This document shows, in pieces, positions 1-8,141 of a stretch of 19,326 nt of DNA. Source of the DNA: Verrucomicrobiota bacterium (GTDB lineage Bacteria > Verrucomicrobiota > Verrucomicrobiia > Chthoniobacterales > UBA6821); assembly GCA_008932965.1 (NCBI GenBank), contig WBXG01000032.1:1-19326 (forward strand). The letters are read 5' to 3'. Every line of letters starts with the position of its first letter. Position 1 is the stretch's first letter. The notes beneath the pieces were generated by a model that did no database searches, had not been told where the DNA came from, and saw only the letters and a list, made by a program, of their open reading frames with translations. Made by a program: the position numbers and the translations under genes.

Positions 1-254
1 AACGATGTTAATTCATCATGAAATATTTTAACGATTTGCTGGCCAGGGCTAATACTTTGGAGGACCTCTTGACCAAGTGCCTTCTGTTTGACTTGAGCGA
101 TAAAGTCTTTAGCAACTTGAAAATGAACATCAGCATCTAATAAAGCGAGGCGCACTTCACGCAGTGCGTCATTGATATTCTCCTCCGTAACACGTCCATG
201 ACCGCGAAGATTCTTAAAGGTTTTTTGAAGTTGTTGAGAAAGTGTGGAAAACAT
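1..254 (-). CDS. ffh: Signal recognition particle protein Ffh, N-terminal 84 codons (gene continues beyond the window start)
   Basis: Reverse complement from ATG (252-254 = cat) reads MFSTLSQQLQKTFKNLRGHGRVTEENINDALREVRLALLDADVHFQVAKDFIAQVKQKALGQEVLQSISPGQQIVKIFHDELT. This is the canonical Ffh N-domain start (MF..L...L......L.G.G..TE.N). It is absent from the ORF track only because no stop lies in the window. Confidence 0.85.
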   Translation of the reverse strand, partial: MFSTLSQQLQKTFKNLRGHGRVTEENINDALREVRLALLDADVHFQVAKDFIAQVKQKALGQEVLQSISPGQQIVKIFHDELTS

Positions 255-261
255 AAATAAT

Positions 262-277
262 AATATTCGGGTTAAGG
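262..277. repeat. Possible orphan right terminus of the palindromic element family (aatattcgggttaagg)
   Basis: Matches the right ends of other copies (gaaatattcgggctaaag at 14384-14401; gaaacatacgggttaag at 9244-9260). It lies in the 24-bp spacer between the yyaL-like stop (279) and the ffh start (254). The match is only about 15 nt. Confidence 0.3.
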
Positions 278-278
278 A

Positions 279-2624
279 TTATAGAGTTACTTGCTCACAG
301 CAAAAATTTTCACAGCGATAGAGGACTGCTTTTCCCTCTTTAAGTTTCATCCCACTGAGTTCCACCTTGCGTGCTGCTAGCCATTCTTGACCGACATCCC
401 CTTCTGCCAACATGACAATTTGTTCTGGATGAAAACCTTTGCGTGCTTGAGCAAGTAGAAATAATGTGCTTGGCCATGAAAGCTGCCCTGCAATCACCAT
501 CTGGCGTAAAGGAGTGAGTGAATACCAGAGTGCCACGAGTAGTTGAGGTAGAGCTGTAGGCATTGTTTCTAGGATGGAAGCTGAAAGATGAAAAATTGCT
601 AGCGCGCTCTTTTCTGCAATAGGATCATTGAGCATTCTAGAAAAACGAAGATGATTGAGTGCTGCTACAGAATTGGCTGAAGGTTCCGCACCATCATACT
701 CCTCCTTAAGGCGCAGGAGCACGTGAGGATCACCTTTTGCGCTACTAAAATAGCCTCCGTGCTCAGCATCCCAGAAAAGTGCATCCATTTTCTTTTGTAA
801 TATTTTAGCCCACTGTAACCAAACCACATCAAAAGTGGCTTCGTACAAATCAAGCAATCCTTGAATTAAAAAGGCATAATCCTCAGCAAAACCTTGTTCT
901 ATCACTTGCCCGTGACACCAGCTGTGGCGCAGTTCTTGAGAGGAGTTATTATAGAGATGTTTGCGAATAAAAAGAGCCGCACGCACAGCCTGATCCGTAT
1001 ATGCTTGAGAGGCAAATGCCGCTCCAGCACGTGCGTAGGCCGAGATCATCAACCCATTCCAAGCTGTTAATATTTTATCATCCCGTTGAGGACGAGGTCG
1101 TTTTTCTCTGGCTTGAAAAAGTTTTTTTTTAGCAGAGGCAAGTGTCTCTTTGTTGCAATCACTTTGGTTATTATATTCTCCAAACATCAAAATATTTTTA
1201 CCATGAAGCTCTCCATGAGGATCCAACTCATGAGGAACATTCCCCTCCTCGCGTAATTGATAATACTGCTTCATGAGAGAAAACTCTTCCGAGCTAAGAA
1301 GTGTCTCTATTTCCTTCATGGACCAAACATAAAAAGCTCCCTCACTTTTGATACCCATTGTATTGAGGCTATCAGCATCCTCAGCACAGAAAAATCCCCC
1401 CTCGAGCGACGTCATGTCACGTTCCACATAAGATAAAATAGAGTGAACGACCTCACCATACTCGTGAGCACTAAAACTTAACCGGGATATTTCATACTGA
1501 TCCTGAGGAGGAAGCTGCAAAGGCTGATTAGGTAAGGCAGGCGATGAAGGCTGACGACGGCTCTGTGCGTACACACTGCCTGAGGAGGACTTCAAGCTTA
1601 ACTCAGCATCCATCTGGCTTACCGACTTCCCTAGGTGATCAGTATGAAGCACCTGGGTTAACTCACTCTTCCAATGTTTTAAATTAGATAGAGAAGAGGG
1701 AGTCGATGGAACGATCGTCGGGGCAATACAGTTATTTGCTGTTTCATGAGACGTTGAAGAGAGGATTTGATAGGCTTCAAGATAAGCCATGGTAAGCTGT
1801 GCCTGATCGTAGAGCATTTTTTCGAAATGAGGCACCTGCCAGAGGCGATCAACCGAGTAGCGATGAAAGCCTCCCCCTAACTGGTCATGGAGACCACCAG
1901 CAGCCATCTTACGAAGTGTAAACAATGCCATTTTGCGAGCATCCTCTCCTTGCTCATTCTGATGATGATGGGCATAGCGAAATAAAAAAAAGAGTACTGA
2001 AGGTCTTGGAAACTTAGGTACCATACCAAAGCCACCCCAGACTTTATCAAAACTTTTTGAAAATTGTTTGCAGGCACTCTCTAGTGGCATTTCTTTCTTC
2101 TTAGAAAAGAGTGCTGATTTTTTTTTCACGGACTGTTCTAACAATTCCATAGTACGGAGAGCCTCTTCTTCGAGCTGATTTCGATTTTCTTTCCATAATT
2201 GTGCAAGCTGCCGAAGCACTGAGGGAAATCCAATACGACCAGAGATATCGTGAGGAGGAAAATAGGTCCCTCCAAAAAAGGGTTTAAGTTCTGGAGTTAA
2301 CCACACACTCATCGGCCAACCTCCCCCACCTGTGAAGGCTTGTATGTAGCTCATGTAGAGACGATCCACATCGGGACGCTCCTCACGGTCGACTTTGACA
2401 GAAATAAAATGGGCATTGAGAAGGGCTGCAATCTCATGATTTTCGAAAGATTCATGGGCCATCACATGGCACCAGTGACAGGTTGAATAACCAATCGATA
2501 AAAAAATCGGCTTCTGCTCCGTGCGTGCACGAGAGAAGGCTTCATCACCCCAAGGATACCACTCCACGGGATTGGAAGCGTGCTCCTGCAAGTAGGGAGA
2601 GGAGGAGTTTACAAGGTGATTCAT
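279..2624 (-). CDS. Thioredoxin-domain (DUF255 / YyaL, COG1331-type) protein with an (alpha/alpha)6 barrel-like C-terminal part, carrying an in-frame repeat-element insertion
   Basis: N-terminus [55 protein letters not shown] is the hallmark of the family. Downstream motifs are [54 protein letters not shown] and [12 protein letters not shown] place the start at ATG 2624. The track start at 2654 is a TTG that adds 10 non-conserved residues. Confidence 0.9.
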   Translation of the reverse strand: MNHLVNSSSPYLQEHASNPVEWYPWGDEAFSRARTEQKPIFLSIGYSTCHWCHVMAHESFENHEIAALLNAHFISVKVDREERPDVDRLYMSYIQAFTGGGGWPMSVWLTPELKPFFGGTYFPPHDISGRIGFPSVLRQLAQLWKENRNQLEEEALRTMELLEQSVKKKSALFSKKKEMPLESACKQFSKSFDKVWGGFGMVPKFPRPSVLFFLFRYAHHHQNEQGEDARKMALFTLRKMAAGGLHDQLGGGFHRYSVDRLWQVPHFEKMLYDQAQLTMAYLEAYQILSSTSHETANNCIAPTIVPSTPSSLSNLKHWKSELTQVLHTDHLGKSVSQMDAELSLKSSSGSVYAQSRRQPSSPALPNQPLQLPPQDQYEISRLSFSAHEYGEVVHSILSYVERDMTSLEGGFFCAEDADSLNTMGIKSEGAFYVWSMKEIETLLSSEEFSLMKQYYQLREEGNVPHELDPHGELHGKNILMFGEYNNQSDCNKETLASAKKKLFQAREKRPRPQRDDKILTAWNGLMISAYARAGAAFASQAYTDQAVRAALFIRKHLYNNSSQELRHSWCHGQVIEQGFAEDYAFLIQGLLDLYEATFDVVWLQWAKILQKKMDALFWDAEHGGYFSSAKGDPHVLLRLKEEYDGAEPSANSVAALNHLRFSRMLNDPIAEKSALAIFHLSASILETMPTALPQLLVALWYSLTPLRQMVIAGQLSWPSTLFLLAQARKGFHPEQIVMLAEGDVGQEWLAARKVELSGMKLKEGKAVLYRCENFCCEQVTL
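1478..1661. mobile_element. Palindromic MITE-like element, copy 1 (176-bp core flanked by TTAA/TTAA), inside the YyaL-like CDS
   Basis: Left end ttaaCCGGGATATTTCATACTGATC (1478-1502). Right end GATCAGTATGAAGCACCTGGGttaa (1637-1661). The interior aligns with copies at 6086, 8507 and 9076. It is translated in frame as [14 protein letters not shown]...[13 protein letters not shown]. Confidence 0.9.
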
Positions 2625-2626
2625 AT

Positions 2627-2651
2627 TGAGTAATGAGTAATGAGTAATGAG
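2627..2651. repeat. Heptamer tandem repeat (TGAGTAA x3.6) directly 5' of the yyaL-like ATG
   Basis: tgagtaa tgagtaa tgagtaa tgag is read directly, 3 nt upstream (gene sense) of the ATG at 2624. Related inverted copies ttactcattactta / cattacttcc occur at 2794-2827. Confidence 0.8.
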
Positions 2652-2819
2652 CAAAGGGCAACGAATTTTTTAAGATCAAAAATAAATTAGATTTTGGAAA
2701 TACTTCGAAACATCACATTCAAAACAGTAGCTCAAAAAGGGAGGGCATAAAGCAAGAGTAGCTCGTTAACCACCGCTCTACAGGCTTTACCGTTTACTCA
2801 TTACTTATCTTGTTACCCA

Positions 2820-3827
2820 TTACTTCCTAGGCATTGGCAATCCCAATTTGGCATAAACCTTTGGAGTTGCAATACGGCCTTGTGGGGTACGTTGAAGATA
2901 GCCCTGCATGATCAAGTAGGGCTCATGAACCTCCTCAAGAGTTCCAGCCTCTTCTCCCACAGCTACGGCAAGGGAATGGAGACCCACAGGTCCTCCAGCG
3001 AATTTATGAACAATGGCTTCAAGAATACGCTTATCCATTTCATCAAATCCTTCCTCGTCGATATCAAGCATGGTGAGTGCTTGGGAAGCAGATTCTTGAT
3101 TAATGACTCCATTGGTACGAACTTGAGTAAAGTCACGCACCCAACGCAATAAATTATTAGCAATACGAGGAGTACCACGTGAACGACGTGCAATTTCAAG
3201 CCCTCCTGCATCATCAATCTTAACGTTAAGCAAGCGTGCTGTGCGCATCACTATTGTTTTTAATTCTGAGGCTTCGTAGTAATCCAGACGACAATTCATT
3301 CCAAAACGGGATCGCAACGGCGAGCTAATCATTCCTGCACGTGTAGTGGCTCCAATGAGCGTAAAACGGGCTAGATTAAGACGAACACTTCGAGCATTGG
3401 GACCCTGATCAATCATGATATCGACACAAAAGTCCTCCATGGCAGGATAGAGATATTCTTCAATAACGGGTTGAAGACGATGGATCTCATCAATAAACAA
3501 AATACCACCTCGAGGCATGGTGGTTAGCAGACCTGCAAGATCTCCCGCTTTTTCAATGGCGGGACCACTCGTGGTTTTCACCTCTGCTCCCATCGCGTTT
3601 CCAAGAATATAGGCTAATGTTGTTTTACCAAGACCTGGTGGGCCACTAAGTAAAATGTGTTGTAAGGTATCTCCTCTTTGAGAGGAGGCCTCTACTAGTA
3701 GTTGCAAACGCTCAACCGCCCGAGCCTGACCACAAAATTCTCCAAAAAGAGGAGGCCTTAAGGAAACATCAAAGGGGCTATCAAGTGGTTCCGATTTTAA
3801 ATTGTAGGAAATAGTTTCAGCAGACAT
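2820..3827 (-). CDS. ruvB: Holliday junction branch migration helicase RuvB
   Basis: Motifs [12 protein letters not shown], Walker [10 protein letters not shown], Walker [11 protein letters not shown], sensor [20 protein letters not shown], and [16 protein letters not shown]. The start is set at ATG 3827 (MSAETIS...). The track start at 3914 would overlap cutA by 40 nt and add non-conserved residues. Confidence 0.92.
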   Translation of the reverse strand: MSAETISYNLKSEPLDSPFDVSLRPPLFGEFCGQARAVERLQLLVEASSQRGDTLQHILLSGPPGLGKTTLAYILGNAMGAEVKTTSGPAIEKAGDLAGLLTTMPRGGILFIDEIHRLQPVIEEYLYPAMEDFCVDIMIDQGPNARSVRLNLARFTLIGATTRAGMISSPLRSRFGMNCRLDYYEASELKTIVMRTARLLNVKIDDAGGLEIARRSRGTPRIANNLLRWVRDFTQVRTNGVINQESASQALTMLDIDEEGFDEMDKRILEAIVHKFAGGPVGLHSLAVAVGEEAGTLEEVHEPYLIMQGYLQRTPQGRIATPKVYAKLGLPMPRK

Positions 3828-3874
3828 GAAGAATGAATCTAGATTTGGGAGAGAAGAAGATGAAAAGATCTTTT

Positions 3875-4210
3875 CTATGGGAGCATTGTAGCACAAAGCA
3901 CATCCTTGACCCATTGTGCATAATTAGAATCAACGGAGGTTGGTTCGATCGACATTATCTCTGGCACGGAGTACGGATGAAGTTCTTTTAATCTTTTCAT
4001 GCATGCTTCAATAAGATGATGAGAGGTTTTCAGTAGAACCATGCATTCCTGGACTTCGTTGAGCTTTCCTTGCCAACAATAGATTGAGGTGGCTTTAGGA
4101 AGAATAGTACCACACGCCACCCAATGTTCCTCAACTAAAGAGCGAATTACAGCAATCGCATCAGCCTCAGCAGAGAAGGAAGTGAGCAAGAGAGTGAGCG
4201 AGGTTTTCAT
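3875..4210 (-). CDS. cutA: Divalent-cation tolerance protein CutA
   Basis: 111 aa. [32 protein letters not shown] ... [14 protein letters not shown] matches the CutA1 signature (SIY.W.G ... HPY..PE). Confidence 0.85.
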   Translation of the reverse strand: MKTSLTLLLTSFSAEADAIAVIRSLVEEHWVACGTILPKATSIYCWQGKLNEVQECMVLLKTSHHLIEACMKRLKELHPYSVPEIMSIEPTSVDSNYAQWVKDVLCATMLP

Positions 4211-4226
4211 TTGAGATGAGAGGAAA

Positions 4227-5672
4227 TTAAATTAGTAATTTTAAGACATCTAACAACGAGAAAACAATATCGAAAGCGTAACCACTATGAGTTATCCAAT
4301 CCATGAGAAAAGAGCAGAGGGTGAGTAGTAGCATCACAGAAAAAGAAATCTCCCCTATTGAAAACAAAAGTGCAAATAGAGGAACCTTTAGAAGTACGCT
4401 CGCAAAAAGCTCTGGACCTAATAGCAAAAGAGTCATCGAGCAGAGCAGACCTCCAAGCATTGATACCAGCATGGTAATATCTACAAAAAACAAACCCCAC
4501 TGAATGATGTCAGCAATGATCTTTAAGTCATGATTCTCTATTTTTTCAAACGTATCGGTTGTTTTGATAGAAGGTTGCATAGAGGATCTGTTTTTTTTTG
4601 AAAAATTATTTCCGAGTGTTGCAATACGAAAGCCAATGCATTTATTCCCAAGCGCTGCCTCCGATGCATCCAAGATTCTTCCAGGATCAGTGCGTTTGGA
4701 GTCTTCAGGAAATGGAGAGGCCCAAGATCCCCCACGAGTCAAAGGAGACAGAGTGTTGGGATGAGCTGGATCACTCCTCGTGATCCATTCGGCAACATTA
4801 CCTCCCATATCACAGGTCCCATACGATCCTTGAGATTCCTCATAAAAGTTAACAGGCTGGGGCCCAGGGTTCATGAGAGGGAGTGTTGCAATGTTGGAAT
4901 AACATGATCCTGTCTCCACAATCATATTTGTAGGATCTCCGCTATTGGGAGGAAGATCATGTTGTGTGGGATAGAGCCAATACTTATTGTAAAGCCCCCC
5001 TCCAGCGTAGTAAGCTGCTTTTATCCATTGATCCTCACTGGGTAAAAAGTAGAGGGCGTTATTACTCCATTCAGCTTGCTCCTCTCCATTGGGTGATCGA
5101 GTAATAGCATAAGAACCATGCTCCGTACTTGCTTTGATGAGGTCATCGCCCTGCAATTGATTGGGTTGACCATTCTGCAACCAATTACAAAATCGTAATG
5201 CGTTGAAGTAGCCTACATATGTTATCGGGTAACATTCCTTCCCAGGAATCGGAGTGTAATGATAGGTCCCATCATCACGGAGCGAACGCTCGATGGAGGG
5301 AGCCATAGAATCCAGACTCATTCTTTCATCATAAAGACCATGAGGATCCTCTTTTGTAGCGACGGCATTAAGAAAAAAAGACCATTCTGCAACAGTAATT
5401 TCGTATTTGCCGATTTGGTACTCAAGAGCAACAGCTCCAAGATGAGTGATAGCATCAGAACTATTTCCAACATCTCCAACTGGAACAAAAGCAATGGTGA
5501 GTGACGCAGAATCCTGTGAGTTTGTTTTAGGGTCGGGTACAACTTCTGATACACCGTAACTAATCACTACTAATAAACTGAGGATTAAAAAAAAAGTCTT
5601 TAGGAAGGTCATCAAGGAATCTGGAGGGAGATCTTCAAGCAAGGAAGTGATGTATTTCCTAACTTGGGTCAC
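4227..5672 (-). CDS. FGE-sulfatase (SUMF1/EgtB/PvdO-like) domain protein with an N-terminal signal anchor and a C-terminal multi-TM segment
   Basis: YQIGKYEITVAEWSFFLNAV, YFNALRFCNWLQNG, CDMGGNVAEWI and TRGGSWASP are characteristic FGE-sulfatase domain motifs. A hydrophobic N-terminus (FLKTFFLILSLLVVISYGV) and 3-4 hydrophobic helices fill the last ~100 aa. The start is either GTG 5672 or ATG 5612. Confidence 0.8.
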   Translation of the reverse strand: MTQVRKYITSLLEDLPPDSLMTFLKTFFLILSLLVVISYGVSEVVPDPKTNSQDSASLTIAFVPVGDVGNSSDAITHLGAVALEYQIGKYEITVAEWSFFLNAVATKEDPHGLYDERMSLDSMAPSIERSLRDDGTYHYTPIPGKECYPITYVGYFNALRFCNWLQNGQPNQLQGDDLIKASTEHGSYAITRSPNGEEQAEWSNNALYFLPSEDQWIKAAYYAGGGLYNKYWLYPTQHDLPPNSGDPTNMIVETGSCYSNIATLPLMNPGPQPVNFYEESQGSYGTCDMGGNVAEWITRSDPAHPNTLSPLTRGGSWASPFPEDSKRTDPGRILDASEAALGNKCIGFRIATLGNNFSKKNRSSMQPSIKTTDTFEKIENHDLKIIADIIQWGLFFVDITMLVSMLGGLLCSMTLLLLGPELFASVLLKVPLFALLFSIGEISFSVMLLLTLCSFLMDWITHSGYAFDIVFSLLDVLKLLI

Positions 5673-5785
5673 TTAAACTAAAGTATCATGAACCGACGTA
5701 CAAGGCTTATTCACTCAGACCGGACGAAGGATGGTGAGGCCGAACTAAATATAATAAAATTAAAATGAAATATCCGGGCTTGCAC
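5673..5785. repeat. Degenerate or internally rearranged copy of the palindromic element
   Basis: The right end aaaATGAAATATCCGGGCttgc (5762-5783) matches the terminal consensus 14/14. The left part ttaaactaaagtatcatgaaccgacgtacaaggcttat resembles a decayed left arm (ttaacccggatatttcatactgatcgtgac...aaggcttat). Confidence 0.4.
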
Positions 5786-5826
5786 AAAAATCACATTGTT
5801 ATCTGCCTAATGATATTTGAAGATGA

Positions 5827-6051
5827 ATGATTAGTTCTTCAATAAAGCTCATCATGAACATTCCTTCATGCTTCTCTATTCCTCAAAACAGGCTTGTTAA
5901 TCCAAAAACAGAATATGAACGCTCATGTGAAGAGGCCTTTATCAATGCCTCTTTGCCTCCTTTGAAAAAAAAGCCTGTTCTTCGGGAGCCTTCCAAACCC
6001 AAGAAAAAGAACATTGATATTTTTTTAGACGGCAAGCCTCATTTCAATTGA
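5827..6051 (+). CDS. Hypothetical small protein (74 aa), doubtful
   Basis: This is only an ORF in an otherwise long intergenic gap, with no recognisable motif and a lysine-rich tail. Confidence 0.2.
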   Translation: MISSSIKLIMNIPSCFSIPQNRLVNPKTEYERSCEEAFINASLPPLKKKPVLREPSKPKKKNIDIFLDGKPHFN

Positions 6052-6085
6052 GTAAACTCTAGAAGAGCGCATAGAAAACGGTGAG

Positions 6086-6270
6086 CTAACACGGATATTT
6101 TATACTGATCGTGACGAGGAAGCCGCGAAGGCTGATGGGGCAAGGCAAGTGATGAAGTCTGACAACGGCTGTATGAGTCCCTACTGCCCGAGGAAGACTT
6201 CGAGCTTGGGCGCAGCATCCATCTGGCTTCCCGGCTTCCGTAGTAGATCAGTATGAAATATGCAGGTTAA
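6086..6270. mobile_element. Palindromic MITE-like element, copy 2 (177-bp core, flanks CTAA/TTAA), intergenic
   Basis: Left end ctaaCACGGATATTTTATACTGATCGTGACGAGGAAGCCGCGAAGGCTGATGG. Right end CCATCTGGCTTCCCGGCTTCCGTAGTAGATCAGTATGAAATATGCAGGttaa. The arms are mutually reverse-complementary. Confidence 0.92.
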
Positions 6271-6294
6271 CATATGGTTTTTAAAAAATATTAT
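6267..6294 (+). promoter_or_regulatory. Candidate sigma70-type promoter using the element terminus as its -35 box
   Basis: TTAACA (6267-6272), a 16-nt spacer, then TATTAT (6289-6294), 50 nt upstream of the ATG at 6345. The TTAA of the -35 box is the tetranucleotide flanking copy 2. This is pattern-based only. Confidence 0.3.
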
Positions 6295-6344
6295 GCTACT
6301 CTCTGCTAAATAGATTTTTTAACATAATTAACTTATACTTTTTA

Positions 6345-8141
6345 ATGAATTCACCGGCCCTAACTCGATGTGCACAAGAGCATAAGTACTTAAAATGTAC
6401 GTTTTTTTACAACTGTTTCCCGCTTGTTCTAATTATTTTTGCTTTTTTTTACTACGGCTCTTATTACTGCTGTAGCCTCTATCCATCAGGAGAAGGAGGT
6501 GTCGAAGGAGTTACAGCATTACGCTTACTCTCGGGGAAAATCCCTATCATTGATATTGCCCTTAACTACAACCTGCTTTGGTTTTATCCTATTGTCTGGC
6601 TTTTTAAAATGGTGGGCCCTAGCTACACGGCCCTGAGGATCTATTTTTTTACGATCTCCACAATAACAGGATTGCTTAGTTTTTTTATTGTTAAAAAGAC
6701 GACCCATCAAAGCTGGCTTGCCTTGCTAGCTGGTATCTTAGCGCTTCTTCTTCCAGGTCAACTATTCAGAAATTACATGGCTTTTACAGTCCTACTGAAT
6801 ATGTTCCTATTTTTAAAAATATTTCTTCTTCCCTGCCGCAATCTCAAAACGCATCTCTTATGGATGGCCGCCACAGGAGGCGCTTTAGGGGTGACTTTTT
6901 TAATTCGAATCGATCTTGGATTTTTTTTGAGTCTCATATTTTTAGGATCTGTTCTGATGTATCCATGGATTAGAAATGAACAATCAAAAAAGTTTTCATT
7001 TCCAAAACGTTGTTGGCTCTCTCTTGCAGCTCTTTCATTAGGCATCACCGGATTTTTACTACTGCATCTTCCAATATATTTTCATGCAGAGAAAAAAGGC
7101 TTTGTGATTCCTTTTGTCACCCAATATGTGCAATGGCCACGGATGATCGTCAGTCAAGGAACCCATCTCCTCAAAACGATTTTTGAAGATCCAGGATCTT
7201 CTCACCACCTGGCAGCCTATGTCTCTACATCGAGTGCTCCTGCAAATAATGCATCTATAACACAAAGCAACCTTCTGCGTCCTACGTTAGATTCAGCAAC
7301 TATTCGAGAACGCATTACCACACTGAATATCTATCTCCCAATTATTTGTATAGGGCTTCTTCTGCTTTTGACTGCTCTTTTTTTATTCCTTAGTAGAAGA
7401 AAAAAAGAATGTAACTTGAGTCATGGAGCATGGATTTTCTCACTGATGCTGGGGTGCTCCCTCACCCTTTTTCCGCAATATTTTTTCTGGCGTCCCGACA
7501 TGATTCATTTGAGTGAATTCATGGTCCCCATGACAACCACGCTGCTAGTAGCTCTTTATTTCGTATGGATGGTGAAAGAAAAAATAGCACCACTTCTACA
7601 GCCTTTACTCCTAGCTTTTTCAATTTTTGCGATCCTCGATCTCACCCTTTATTTTATCAATGGGTGTCAGTCTCAATCAACCGGCGGAATCGCCATTAGC
7701 CAAGGGAGAACAAAAGAGTTTCTCGGAGCAAACGGAGTATCTGTTAAGCTAGCCCCTCATGAATTTGAAGAAGCCACTGCTATTTCCAAGAGCATCCTTC
7801 AACATTCCCAAAAGGGAGAATATGTCATTTGTTTTCCCTATAATCCCGAAATTAATTTTATGACCGACCGTCCCTCCTATCGTCGGGATCTTTATTGCGA
7901 TGACATGACGGCTTCTAGCAACTTCAATGAAAACGCAATTGCAGAAATTGAACATTATCAACCTGCAGTCATTGTCATCACTGATTGGCCGATCAATGGA
8001 ACAGAGCATTCACGTTTTAGCAATTGGGCTAATACCACCTATCGCTATATTCAAAGCCATTACCAAGCTGATTATGATCATGGAATCATTCACGTTTTTG
8101 TGAACCCCAAAAAAGCAAGTACTCCTCCTAAAAATTTATGA
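6345..8141 (+). CDS. Polytopic inner-membrane protein, probable GT-C superfamily (ArnT/PMT-like) glycosyltransferase with a C-terminal periplasmic domain
   Basis: 598 aa with roughly 12 hydrophobic helices. There is an early loop (SGEGGVEGVTALRLLSGKIPIIDI) where GT39/GT83-type enzymes carry the DE..Y..A..l..G..PY.D motif. A ~150-aa soluble C-terminus follows. The CDS call is confident. The family call is tentative. Confidence 0.75.
   Translation: MNSPALTRCAQEHKYLKCTFFYNCFPLVLIIFAFFYYGSYYCCSLYPSGEGGVEGVTALRLLSGKIPIIDIALNYNLLWFYPIVWLFKMVGPSYTALRIYFFTISTITGLLSFFIVKKTTHQSWLALLAGILALLLPGQLFRNYMAFTVLLNMFLFLKIFLLPCRNLKTHLLWMAATGGALGVTFLIRIDLGFFLSLIFLGSVLMYPWIRNEQSKKFSFPKRCWLSLAALSLGITGFLLLHLPIYFHAEKKGFVIPFVTQYVQWPRMIVSQGTHLLKTIFEDPGSSHHLAAYVSTSSAPANNASITQSNLLRPTLDSATIRERITTLNIYLPIICIGLLLLLTALFLFLSRRKKECNLSHGAWIFSLMLGCSLTLFPQYFFWRPDMIHLSEFMVPMTTTLLVALYFVWMVKEKIAPLLQPLLLAFSIFAILDLTLYFINGCQSQSTGGIAISQGRTKEFLGANGVSVKLAPHEFEEATAISKSILQHSQKGEYVICFPYNPEINFMTDRPSYRRDLYCDDMTASSNFNENAIAEIEHYQPAVIVITDWPINGTEHSRFSNWANTTYRYIQSHYQADYDHGIIHVFVNPKKASTPPKNL

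Noticed and set aside
10-35. TIR-like string attcatcatgaaatattttaac near the window start
   Set aside because: It lies in ffh and encodes conserved Ffh residues (VKIFHDEL). There is no partner terminus or element interior, so the resemblance is judged coincidental.
2625-2654. TTG-initiated 10-codon extension of the yyaL-like ORF
   Set aside because: It consists of the heptamer repeat translated (LITHYSLLN). The family N-terminus starts at ATG 2624.
2724-2786. tRNA-like D-arm strings (agtagctc twice: 2726-2733 and 2757-2764)
   Set aside because: No acceptor stem, anticodon arm or T-arm (GTTCRANYC) can be built, so this is not a tRNA.
3828-3914. 29-codon N-terminal extension of ruvB overlapping cutA by 40 nt
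   Set aside because: The residues are non-conserved. The internal ATG at 3827 gives a normal-length RuvB (335 aa) and removes the overlap.
665-7265. Numerous 60-100 aa ORFs nested in or antisense to the long CDSs (for example 665-853, 1877-2077, 2880-3152, 2963-3217, 4285-4783, 5259-5554, 6439-7265)
   Set aside because: These are shadow ORFs within confidently assigned genes. None shows a recognisable motif, and they overlap better-supported frames. The same applies to 7749-8009, 9967-10266, 10587-10805, 11168-11365, 12703-13084, 14643-14867, 15147-15371, 15442-15744, 16110-16352, 16997-17433 and 18675-19118.
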